From positions 1-56,792 of the forward strand of contig SYAD01000141.1 of the NCBI GenBank assembly GCA_005789005.1: DNA of 56,792 bases. Reading direction: 5' to 3'. The translations under genes were made by a program, and so were the position numbers. Shown piece by piece: positions 19,602 to 28,576 of the stretch. The DNA is from Planctomycetia bacterium (GTDB lineage Bacteria; Planctomycetota; Phycisphaerae; Phycisphaerales; SM1A02). Each line of letters begins with the position of its first letter. Position 1 is the stretch's first letter. Below the pieces are notes generated by a model that did not search any database, was not told the DNA's origin, and was given only the letters and a program-made list of their open reading frames with translations.

Positions 19602-20399
19602 TCACTCTTCAGTGGTCTCGGTCACTTGTGGATCACCAATCACGGCTGAACCCACGCGCACCATGTTGGCGCCGCACTCAATGGCCACTTCAAAATCGTG
19701 GCTCATGCCCATGGAAAGAATATTGAACACGTCTCCACCGATTTCACTGCCTCGAATTTCTTGGAACAATTCATGGCAGCGCTCAAATGTGCGCCGCGCC
19801 GCATCGAGTCCACCCTCAAGCGGACCCATGCACATCAACCCGCGCGCCTTCATGTTGGGCATGCCCATCAGTTGTTCAACCAAATGCTTCACGGCTGGCG
19901 GCGCAATGCCGTGCTTGTTGCTGTCGCCGGACACATTCACCTCCAGCAGCACTTCGGTTGGAGTTGGTCGGCGTGTTGAAGCGTCTTGCACCTCCTCCGC
20001 GATTCGCATGGAGTCAATGGAGTGGATAAGGCGTGCCGTCTCCAAGCATTTTTTAACCTTGTTGCGCTGCAGCGACCCAACCATATGCCAACGCACTTTT
20101 GGAAGCGCGGCCATGGGATCCATTTCCTTGCGACGAGAAATCCATTCGCCAATGTTTGCGGCGCGCTGGGAAAGTTGTTGCACGCGGTTCTCGCCAAAAT
20201 CAACTTGGCCCATGTTCACCATTTCGCGGATTTGTTCAATGCTGCCAGACTTGCTTACCACGATCAACACAACGCTTCCGGCGCGTTGACCAGATTTTTT
20301 TTCAGAGTCGGTCACGCGTTGGCGAACAGAATTGAAACGGTCACGAAGCGCGGTGGCTTGATCAGCGTCAAACGGAACGGATGCTGTTGTTTCTGACAT
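19602..20399 (-). CDS. yggS: YggS-family pyridoxal-phosphate homeostasis protein
   Basis: VVLIVVSKSG (PLP lysine), FGENRVQ, WHMVGSLQRNK, SMGMSHDFEVAIECGANMVRVGSAV. Start set at ATG 20399. Confidence 0.85.
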   Translation of the reverse strand: MSETTASVPFDADQATALRDRFNSVRQRVTDSEKKSGQRAGSVVLIVVSKSGSIEQIREMVNMGQVDFGENRVQQLSQRAANIGEWISRRKEMDPMAALPKVRWHMVGSLQRNKVKKCLETARLIHSIDSMRIAEEVQDASTRRPTPTEVLLEVNVSGDSNKHGIAPPAVKHLVEQLMGMPNMKARGLMCMGPLEGGLDAARRTFERCHELFQEIRGSEIGGDVFNILSMGMSHDFEVAIECGANMVRVGSAVIGDPQVTETTEE

Positions 20400-20483
20400 G
20401 CGCTTCAAGCGTAACAGCACGGCGCAAAAATCGGCAACATAAAATACAACCAAAATTTGCCGTAAAAACAGCACGTTTATCTT

Positions 20484-22283
20484 TTGGTTTTTTATTCGCA
20501 GATTTCACGGCGCGCCATCGGTAAAACCATTCACGCCGGCAACATTGTGGCGCTTTCGTGGCTGTATCCTGACAAAGTGAGCGCATCGCAATCACAACAC
20601 GCAACAGGTCTCGTGGTTCTCATCATTCGCGATGGGTGGGGAAAAAATCCGCACCCCGAGCAGGATTCATACAACGCCGTAACGCTTGCGCGCACGCCAT
20701 GCGCCGACGACCTAGAAACAAACTGGCCGCACACGCTGATCAAGACCAGTGGCGAGGATGTTGGTTTGCCAATCGGCCCCGATGGACCCGTGATGGGCAA
20801 CAGTGAAGTGGGGCACCAAAATATTGGCGCCGGTCGAATTGTGGATCAAGAATTGATGCGCATTACCCGCGCCATTCGTGGCGGTGAATTTGCGCGCAAC
20901 GCGCCCATGATCGCGGCGTTTGAGCACGCCAAAAAATCCGGCGCCGCTGTTCATGTCATGGGCTTGCTCAGCGACGGCCAAGTGCACAGCGACTTGTCGC
21001 ACCTTGAGGCCATTTTGAAAGCGGCCAAAGCCAATGGCGTGAACGCCGACAAACTTTTTGTGCACGCATTTTTAGATGGCCGTGACACGCCGTCCCAAGG
21101 ATCGCTGAAATATGTTCCGTGGCTGCAAAATGTTTTGCGTGAAACTGGCGGACGACTCGCCACCGTGTGCGGACGCTTCTTTGCCATGGACCGCGACCAC
21201 CGCTGGGAACGCGTGAAGAAGGCCTATGACTTGTTGACTAAAAAATCTAATGATGGACCCAACTCTGACACGAAAGAGAATTCCACCACCAATACAAATA
21301 CTGTGGCAGTTTCAGTTCATTCCGCCACCGGTACAAGTCACGCCAACGTTGACGTGATGGCCGCTATTCACCAACACTTTGCGCACCCTATAAGCGACAC
21401 CGAACGCGGCGACGAGTTCATGCCACCCACGCGCTTGCTCAGCGATGGCGTGATTGAAAGTGGCGACACAGTCATATTTTTCAACTTTCGCGGCGACCGC
21501 CCGCGTGAATTATGCAAGGCGTTTGTGCTTGATGACGCCGAGTGGAAAAACATTCAGGGCGGTGGTTTTGACCGCGCCCCTCATCCTACTCAACTTCACT
21601 TTCTCACCATGTCGCAGTATGAACGCGGCTTGCCAACGCAAGTCATGTTCACCCGCCCCGCCAAAATGAAAAACATTTTGGGCGAGTGCGTTTCCAGCGC
21701 GGGCCTGACGCAATTTCGCTGCGCCGAAACAGAAAAATTTCCGCACGTCACGTTCTTCTTCAACGATTACCGCGAAGAGCCGTTCACAGGCGAGCGCCGT
21801 GAAATTATTCCAAGTCCACGCGACGTTCCAACCTATGACATGAAGCCAGAAATGAGCGCGGCCGGCGTGTGTGACGCGGTTTTGCGGCGCATCGCCGCGC
21901 CCGATTGTGAATCACTGATCGTGGTGAACTTTGCAAACCCCGACATGGTTGGACACACGGGTTCGCTGCCCGCTGCCATCAAGGCGTGCGAAGTGACCGA
22001 CGCATGCGTGCAGAAAATAATCAACGCCACTCTCGCGCGCGGTGGTCACCTTGTTATTACCGCCGATCACGGAAACGCTGAACAAATGAAAAACCCCGTA
22101 ACCGGCGAGCCCCAAACTGCGCACACCAATTTCACGGTGCCTCTATATATAGTTTCGCTCGCCCTTCAGTCAGCCAAACTCCGTGGCGACGGACGCCTAG
22201 CCGACATTGCGCCCACACTGCTTCAATTACTCGGCGTTGTGCAACCCGTGGACATGACTGGCCGTTCGCTGATCGGAACATAA
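20484..22283 (+). CDS. gpmI: 2,3-bisphosphoglycerate-independent phosphoglycerate mutase
   Basis: IIRDGWG, MGNSEVGHQNIGAGR, DGRD, FANPDMVGHTG, TADHGNAE motifs. The true start is probably an internal GTG (20547 or 20577) and remains uncertain. Confidence 0.85.
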   Translation: MVFYSQISRRAIGKTIHAGNIVALSWLYPDKVSASQSQHATGLVVLIIRDGWGKNPHPEQDSYNAVTLARTPCADDLETNWPHTLIKTSGEDVGLPIGPDGPVMGNSEVGHQNIGAGRIVDQELMRITRAIRGGEFARNAPMIAAFEHAKKSGAAVHVMGLLSDGQVHSDLSHLEAILKAAKANGVNADKLFVHAFLDGRDTPSQGSLKYVPWLQNVLRETGGRLATVCGRFFAMDRDHRWERVKKAYDLLTKKSNDGPNSDTKENSTTNTNTVAVSVHSATGTSHANVDVMAAIHQHFAHPISDTERGDEFMPPTRLLSDGVIESGDTVIFFNFRGDRPRELCKAFVLDDAEWKNIQGGGFDRAPHPTQLHFLTMSQYERGLPTQVMFTRPAKMKNILGECVSSAGLTQFRCAETEKFPHVTFFFNDYREEPFTGERREIIPSPRDVPTYDMKPEMSAAGVCDAVLRRIAAPDCESLIVVNFANPDMVGHTGSLPAAIKACEVTDACVQKIINATLARGGHLVITADHGNAEQMKNPVTGEPQTAHTNFTVPLYIVSLALQSAKLRGDGRLADIAPTLLQLLGVVQPVDMTGRSLIGT

Positions 22284-22461
22284 ACCCGAGAGTGCTTGAA
22301 TGCACCGCATTATTTAGTTTTTGTAAATAAACAGAAAAGTATTTCATCACGATCCGCGTATCGTGTCACTGATTAACGAGGCGCAGATCATGGATCGCAC
22401 ATTGCATTATGTTGACATTTTCCTTGACTTAGCCCTCCCCAAAATATATTCTTTAAGACCT

Positions 22462-23286
22462 ATGAAAAAAATTATGGTTGTTGTTTGTTTCGCCATTTGC
22501 ATTCTGAAAGCCAATGCCGAGACGACGTATTCAGCACTGCAAAACGTCGACAACTTTGGGTGGCTGAACCAAAGGGATTCTCAGATTGTCGAAGCCACTG
22601 GGCGAAATGGCTGCAACCCGACATCTTGGGTGAACTTGATGGTCAAATTGCAAAACCAATACTCTGATATTTTTCATACAGATCTTGTAGGGGCGACGTA
22701 TGCGGACTGGACTCAGTCTGCCATTACCTTATCTGGGTCATCATATTTGAACACTACTCCTACCAATGGAACAGTTTCAGGAAAGATTGTCTCGGGCATG
22801 GGAAGCTACTTTCAGTCCAAAGGCTTCTCTGCTTTTTCTGTAGCTGAAATTATGTATCCCCGGTGGGACCAACTCTATGAGGCCAGCAGGACGAATGCCA
22901 CTGTGCAGTTGTTGCTGTTGCCCGCGTCGGGAAGCAATGCCACCATCGGTCACGCTGTTTCTTTGAGTGGGTTCAATTGGATAAACACAAATGATCCCGC
23001 GAATCCACCAAGCCAGTCGGACAACGCCAGGCTCTCGTTTCTTGATCCGCAAGATCCTTGGCATGGTTTAGACACAAGCTCTGGTGTTTTTGGAGCGGGC
23101 TTTGCTGACGCGCATGTCTGGGCTGAATATAATGGGGTGAATCAATATTCAATGATTCGTTATGCGAATAACGACTATGAGATCTATTCAGCGTATGTTG
23201 TTGTTCCAGGTCCAACCATTATTCATTGTCTTATTTCCGGAATACTCTCATTCTTTGGGTTTAGTTTCAGGCGAAGATTGGCATAG
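22462..23286 (+). CDS. secreted papain-like (C39-like?) cysteine peptidase-fold protein with PEP-CTERM-like C-terminal anchor
   Basis: Signal peptide MKKIMVVVCFAICILKANA; candidate Cys (GRNGCNPTSW), His (IGHAVSLSGF) and Asp (LSFLDPQDP) in papain order. C-terminus VVVPGPTIIHCLISGILSFFGFSFRRRLA reads as a P-x-P motif, TM helix and basic tail. Clearly more AT-rich than its neighbours. Confidence 0.5.
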   Translation: MKKIMVVVCFAICILKANAETTYSALQNVDNFGWLNQRDSQIVEATGRNGCNPTSWVNLMVKLQNQYSDIFHTDLVGATYADWTQSAITLSGSSYLNTTPTNGTVSGKIVSGMGSYFQSKGFSAFSVAEIMYPRWDQLYEASRTNATVQLLLLPASGSNATIGHAVSLSGFNWINTNDPANPPSQSDNARLSFLDPQDPWHGLDTSSGVFGAGFADAHVWAEYNGVNQYSMIRYANNDYEIYSAYVVVPGPTIIHCLISGILSFFGFSFRRRLA

Positions 23287-23392
23287 TCGCCTTGCGTGAC
23301 CGATGGACATGACTACTTGCTCGCTGAATAGAAGCATTGAATCGATGGTCAACAACTATCTGGCTCGCAGCGTGGCGATTACTTGCTGTTGA

Positions 23393-25171
23393 TTAGGCGT
23401 TTTCACTTGCAAATCGCGCGCGCACTGAGCGGAAGTAACCCTCAAGTTCCAGGGCAATGTCCACCAACTCTGGATCAAAGGCGCGACCAGATTCCTTGCG
23501 TAGGAATTCCGTAACCTGCTCCGCCGTCCACGCATCTTTATAAACGCGCTTGCTTGTGAGCGCGTCATAGACATCCGCCACGGCGACAATGCGCGCAAAG
23601 AGTGGAATTTCAAGTCCGCGCAAGGGCTTCGCGTCTGGGTTCGCTTGAAATTCTGTGGGCATGGCTTCAAGCATGGCCGCATCAAAGAAGCCTGGATATC
23701 CGGTGCTGTCCCACTTTTCGTGGTGATGAGTTATCACTTCGCGCGCGGCATCGTCATATGGAGTGGTGGAGTGGGCAAACAATCGACCACCCCTCACCGA
23801 GTGCGTTTGCATGTATTTGTACTCCGCATCGTCAAGCTTGCCCGGCTTTTTCAGAATGAGATCAGGAATCCCAATCTTGCCAACATCATGCAGCATGGCC
23901 GCAATACGCAATTCGTCGCGGCGTCGATGGCGTTCTGAATCATCAATGTTGTGAAGCGTGGCCCATCGCTCATACATGGCAACCGAGCATTCGGCAACGC
24001 GCTGCACATGCGCGCCGGTTTCCATTGGATCGCGCATTTCGGCGGCGGCGATGATGCGCATGATCATGCCGCGCACCAAACGCGCGCGTTCCACCGCAAG
24101 CGACGCCATTCCAATAAAGAATTCCAGCGCGGCCTCGTCAGCCGCGGTGAAAACAGATCTATCCGACATGGATTTTCCACGACCACGAGCGTTGATGAGT
24201 TGCAGCACGACCAACACCTCATCGCGCCCGTCGCGCAACGGAGCAATCAACATGCTTTGAGTGTTGTAGCCAGCCTGTATTTCAAACTCGGGACGAAATT
24301 GACAAGCAATCGAGGCATCAAGCTTTTGAACATCATCGATACGAAGCAAGCGACCAGTTGTCGCCACATATCCCGCGATGGAAGTGCTGTCGGGTGGAAG
24401 CACAATGTCAGCCAGTGGCAAACGCTCGCCCTTTGCCAGTGTCGCTTCGATCGTGTCGTTCTGTCTGTTCTTCAGACGAACGACGCCTTTTTCAATCATC
24501 CAGATCGATCCAGCGTCGGCGTTTGTAATTGCGCGCGCAAGTCGAAGCGTTTGGTCCAACACTTCATCAAGATCTTGAGCGCGACCAAGCTTGTTTCCAA
24601 ACGCCGCGACCTCGGCGATACGTTCGCGCTGCTCTTGGCTTTCTTCGCCCAGCAACTTGTTCATGGCAAAGAGTTTTCGATTTGCGGCATCCACCTCCGC
24701 GTTGCGACGAACAAGTTCCGATTGGCTCTGCGCCAGCGAACGCATGGCGTTATCACGGTCGCGCTGGGCTCGACCCATGCTTGCGTGGTAGCGAATTCGC
24801 GCAACCAGTTCTAGATCATCAGGAAATTTAACCAGGTAATCATTTGCGCCAGCTCCGAAGCACTTCTCTTTGGTTACAGCGTCCGCATTGGATGAAAGCA
24901 CCACAAGCGGCGTGACCGCAAGATCTGGATTGGCGCGGATGCGCAGGATCTGCTGCATGCCATCAACACCCGGCATGATGAGGTCTTGAAGGATCACGTC
25001 GGGACGCTTGCTTAATGCCAGCGCGAATCCAGTTTCCGCATCTTGCGTGGCGATCAATTCAATATCGCTAAACGATGCAAGTTTTTTGTGCAGTGCTGCG
25101 GCGACAATCAATTGATCGTCAATCAAAAGCACAAGAGTTTTTGTGGCCGAAGGTTCCGTGGTGGATGTCAC
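23393..25171 (-). CDS. response regulator with REC-GAF-HD-GYP domains (putative c-di-GMP phosphodiesterase)
   Basis: REC (LLIDDQ...ILQDLIMPGVDG...KF), central GAF-like region, HD-GYP (MLHDVGKIGIPD...HHHEKWDSTGYPG). GTG start 25171 forms a GTGA overlap with the MFS stop. Confidence 0.85.
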   Translation of the reverse strand: MTSTTEPSATKTLVLLIDDQLIVAAALHKKLASFSDIELIATQDAETGFALALSKRPDVILQDLIMPGVDGMQQILRIRANPDLAVTPLVVLSSNADAVTKEKCFGAGANDYLVKFPDDLELVARIRYHASMGRAQRDRDNAMRSLAQSQSELVRRNAEVDAANRKLFAMNKLLGEESQEQRERIAEVAAFGNKLGRAQDLDEVLDQTLRLARAITNADAGSIWMIEKGVVRLKNRQNDTIEATLAKGERLPLADIVLPPDSTSIAGYVATTGRLLRIDDVQKLDASIACQFRPEFEIQAGYNTQSMLIAPLRDGRDEVLVVLQLINARGRGKSMSDRSVFTAADEAALEFFIGMASLAVERARLVRGMIMRIIAAAEMRDPMETGAHVQRVAECSVAMYERWATLHNIDDSERHRRRDELRIAAMLHDVGKIGIPDLILKKPGKLDDAEYKYMQTHSVRGGRLFAHSTTPYDDAAREVITHHHEKWDSTGYPGFFDAAMLEAMPTEFQANPDAKPLRGLEIPLFARIVAVADVYDALTSKRVYKDAWTAEQVTEFLRKESGRAFDPELVDIALELEGYFRSVRARFASENA

Positions 25172-26457
25172 GCCCTCATCCTATCGGCGGTTGGTCGTGG
25201 ATGGAAGAAAGACAGGTTGCTCTGTGAGTTTTTGGGCATAAGCGCAATGCCAATTAAACCAGCGGCAGTGAACACCATAAATAGCGCCCCCACGCCAAGC
25301 GTGCCGAATTTTTCAGCGACCAACAACATAACGAAGGGGCCGCTGCCACCAACCACCGCCGATGCGCCGTCATATGAAACCGCGATGCCCGACACGCGCA
25401 CGGGCGACGCGAACAACCGCGGCAAAAGACCCAAATACGCGCCAATAAATGCCCCACCCAGCGCGCCCAATGCCACCAACCATGTCGCGCCGCTTGATGG
25501 CACCGATGCGTACGCTGGGAGGGCGCACACAAAGACAGCGAGCAGAGACCATGCGCAGAATTTCTTCGCGCCAACTTTGTCGGCGATCCATCCGCTGAAA
25601 ACGTAAATAATGGATCCACAACCCGCCGACACCAACGCGATAAAGTCGGCCGCTGACTGCGTGGTGTGGCAAGTGAGAATTAAAAATGACGGCAACGCCA
25701 AGTACAGCGCCGCCACAACCCACGCGTGCACGCTGCACATTAAAAATCCAGCGATCATCGCGCGCGGTGAATCGCGCAGCAGTGTGCGCAGCGGAAACGC
25801 GTCAACTTGTCCGCTTGATTTTAGGTTTTCAAACTCGGCGGTTTCGCCAACATGTCGACGCACGAAATATGCGAACACGCCAATGCAACTACCAAAGAAA
25901 AATGCCAGGCGCCATGCCCAGCTCATGGCTTGTTCATGCCCAAATATGAAGGAAATAATTAGCGCCACGATTTGTCCAAGCAGCAATCCAGAGTTCACGC
26001 CCGCAAGCAAAATGGACGTGACTAAACCCGCGCGCCGCGGGCCGGCATGCTCGCTGAGCCAGCACAGTGACGACGGAATTTCTCCGCCAAGCGCCATGCC
26101 TTGCACAAGTCGCAGCACCACCAGCAATATTGGGGCGGCAATTCCAAGCGTGGCGTAACCAGGAAGAAGCCCGATGATAAATGTGGTGGCGGCCATTCCC
26201 AACACCGTGTGAGAAAACACATACGCGCGGCCGCGACGGTCGGCAACGTGCGCCCAAAGAATGCCACCTAATGGCCGCGCGAAATATCCCACCGCGAAAA
26301 TGGCGAAGGCTTTAAGCGTTGCGGACGCGTCGGAGTCCGCGGGGAAAAAGGCCGCTCCAATTTGCGGGGCGAACACGGCGAAAATAACGAAGTCGTAGAA
26401 CTCAAACACTCCGCCAAGCGCGGAGATAAATGTGGTTCGCCAAAGCGGTGCGTTCAT
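25168..26457 (-). CDS. MFS transporter, metabolite:H+ symporter (MHS/ProP-like) family
   Basis: About 12 hydrophobic segments. N-terminal GGVFEFYDFVIFAVFAP and GHVADRRGR motifs are typical of the MHS family. Confidence 0.8.
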   Translation of the reverse strand: MNAPLWRTTFISALGGVFEFYDFVIFAVFAPQIGAAFFPADSDASATLKAFAIFAVGYFARPLGGILWAHVADRRGRAYVFSHTVLGMAATTFIIGLLPGYATLGIAAPILLVVLRLVQGMALGGEIPSSLCWLSEHAGPRRAGLVTSILLAGVNSGLLLGQIVALIISFIFGHEQAMSWAWRLAFFFGSCIGVFAYFVRRHVGETAEFENLKSSGQVDAFPLRTLLRDSPRAMIAGFLMCSVHAWVVAALYLALPSFLILTCHTTQSAADFIALVSAGCGSIIYVFSGWIADKVGAKKFCAWSLLAVFVCALPAYASVPSSGATWLVALGALGGAFIGAYLGLLPRLFASPVRVSGIAVSYDGASAVVGGSGPFVMLLVAEKFGTLGVGALFMVFTAAGLIGIALMPKNSQSNLSFFHPRPTADRMRA

Positions 26458-26482
26458 AACGCAACCCTACCACGCGGCGTAT

Positions 26483-27919
26483 TTACATTCGCATCAGCAA
26501 TTCTTCAACAGCCTTGCGTCGATCGGCTAGTGAATCACCAGTATCACTTCCAACAGGCGTCTTCACGCGCGATGGCGGATTGCCGCTGATAATGCGCGAG
26601 CCCTTGCTGAAAGTGATATACGAAATTGCCCACGACATAAAAACTAGAATTCGATTGTTGAAACCCACCAGCAAAATTAAATGCACAAACAACCAAGCCA
26701 ACCACGCAATGAGTCCGTGAAACTTCAGGCCCGCAACTTCCGCCACAGCCTTGGCTCGACCAATAGTTGCCATTGAACCCTTGTCAAAATATTCAAACTT
26801 TCCGCGCTGTGGTATTTGCGCGCCGTTTGTGGCAATGGCATGTGGCGTTGATTTCGGCGCATTGCTTGTTGGAATTGTTTTGCGCACCCCAGCCCGCACT
26901 TCGCGCGCAATTATTTTTGCCACAAATTGACCCATTTGCGTTGCCGCCGGCGCAACTCCTGGAACCGCGTGCCCGGTTTTGGCGCACTTCATGGACGCCA
27001 TGTCGCCAATCACAAAAACATTTAGAGCGCCCATGACCGAGCAATCTGGTTCCACCAAAACGCGCCCATTGCGATCCAACTTTGCGCCAAGCGATGCGCC
27101 AAGTGAACTTGCTTTCACGCCCGCTGACCACACGATGGTGTTGGCGCGAATAGTTTCGCCGTTCACCACCACGCCAGTTTCATCGACATGTGTGACGGAT
27201 TGATTGAGCCGAATCTCCACGCCAATTTTTTCCAGCGCCTTGAACGCGGCGTGTGAAGAACTTTCGCTCATGCTTGGTAGAAGTCGATTGCCAGCCTCGA
27301 TTAAAATCACACGTGCGTTTTTTGCATTGAAGCGGCGATAGTCCTTGGAAATAGAATCAACACCAAGTTCCTTAATAGCGCCAGCAAGTTCAACGCCCGT
27401 TGCGCCACCACCCACCACAATAAAAGTTAAGTGTTCGCGCAGGGCGGCGGGATTGGTCTCGGCCTCGGCGTCCTCAAAGGCGCGGAGGATTTTATTGCGA
27501 ATAATCATGGCGTCATCAAGCGTCTTCATTCCAGGCGCAAATGGCGCCCACTGATCGTTTCCAAAATAACTTGAACTCGCGCCCGCGGCCAAAATGAGAT
27601 AATCAAAGCGCGCGCTTCGCTTGTTGGAAAATGTAATGCGGCACGCCGCGCAATCAATGGACACCACCTCGTCGTTGAACACATAGGCGTTTGCCTGCTT
27701 GCGAAAAATACGACGAATGGGAAACGCAATGTTGGAGGTGGGAAGCACAGACGTGGCCACCTGATACAGCAGGGGTTGAAATAAGTGGTGATTTTCCTTG
27801 TCAATCAACACCACATTCACGGGCGCTTTGGCCAACGCCTGCACGGCTGAAACTCCGCCAAATCCGCCGCCAATGACAACCACTATGGGTGAGTCAATGT
27901 TTGGTTTTGTCATGGGCAC
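26483..27919 (-). CDS. ndh: type II NADH dehydrogenase (NDH-2)
   Basis: Two Rossmann GxGxxG motifs (VVVIGGGFGG, IVVGGGATGVE), GDMA motif, C-terminal hydrophobic anchor. Confidence 0.85.
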   Translation of the reverse strand: MPMTKPNIDSPIVVVIGGGFGGVSAVQALAKAPVNVVLIDKENHHLFQPLLYQVATSVLPTSNIAFPIRRIFRKQANAYVFNDEVVSIDCAACRITFSNKRSARFDYLILAAGASSSYFGNDQWAPFAPGMKTLDDAMIIRNKILRAFEDAEAETNPAALREHLTFIVVGGGATGVELAGAIKELGVDSISKDYRRFNAKNARVILIEAGNRLLPSMSESSSHAAFKALEKIGVEIRLNQSVTHVDETGVVVNGETIRANTIVWSAGVKASSLGASLGAKLDRNGRVLVEPDCSVMGALNVFVIGDMASMKCAKTGHAVPGVAPAATQMGQFVAKIIAREVRAGVRKTIPTSNAPKSTPHAIATNGAQIPQRGKFEYFDKGSMATIGRAKAVAEVAGLKFHGLIAWLAWLFVHLILLVGFNNRILVFMSWAISYITFSKGSRIISGNPPSRVKTPVGSDTGDSLADRRKAVEELLMRM

Positions 27920-28121
27920 CGCTCACAAAGTTGGTGGTCGGGGTATATCACGCCCGCGATTGTAGGCATGTATTGATGAGCGCCGTTAAGATTGATTTTG
28001 CACGACATTAATTATTTTGCGGTGGAATTGTCGGGCGCCGCCCGCGACACGCGCAATTTCGAATGTAAATGCCAGCTTAAATGTAAACACAAGCGCAATT
28101 TATTTCAGCGGAGAAAACAAA

Positions 28122-28478
28122 ATGCAATCCAAAACCACAATGACGCAACCCAACCACGCACAGTCAACCACTCATTTCACGGCAACCGCTTCTGTCCGTT
28201 CGCGAATTCGCACAATGGCCGCGCCCGCATTACTTGCGCTTGTTGGTTGCGCGGCATTGTTGCTGGCCGCGCGCCCAAACGCCATCACGCAAGAGTCACG
28301 TGGCAAGCCAGTGAGTATTACCAGTGAAAGCACGCCCTACGGAATGAGTTTGTTCCGATTGTGGAGCAACGGCGACATTGAGGTGATGGTGCTTGGCCAA
28401 AACAATGTTTGGTCAGATTGGAAAAGCGTTGCGACCGGCCAGAGCGGTTACGCGCCTAGTACGAATCCGAACCAGTGA
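28122..28478 (+). CDS. hypothetical small lipoprotein
   Basis: Possible lipobox LLALVGC. 118 aa, no homology recognised. Confidence 0.4.
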   Translation: MQSKTTMTQPNHAQSTTHFTATASVRSRIRTMAAPALLALVGCAALLLAARPNAITQESRGKPVSITSESTPYGMSLFRLWSNGDIEVMVLGQNNVWSDWKSVATGQSGYAPSTNPNQ

Positions 28479-28576
28479 TATGTGATTGCGGCGCATCATG
28501 CCAAGATGATTTGCAAAGTGAACAGGACCACGCCTTCACACCGCGATTATGCGTGGTTCACAACGGCCAGTTGGCT

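Noticed and set aside
23951-24814. 287-aa plus-strand ORF inside the REC-GAF-HD-GYP gene (and similar antisense ORFs at 9730-10425, 29040-29690, 39757-40119 and 41030-41617)
   Set aside because: All are antisense to ORFs with diagnostic motifs, and none has a recognisable motif of its own.
28520-28565. Imperfect stem ACCACGC-N17-GCGTGGT between the small lipoprotein gene and gspF, as a terminator
   Set aside because: Short stem, large loop, a bulge needed to extend it, and no T-tract.
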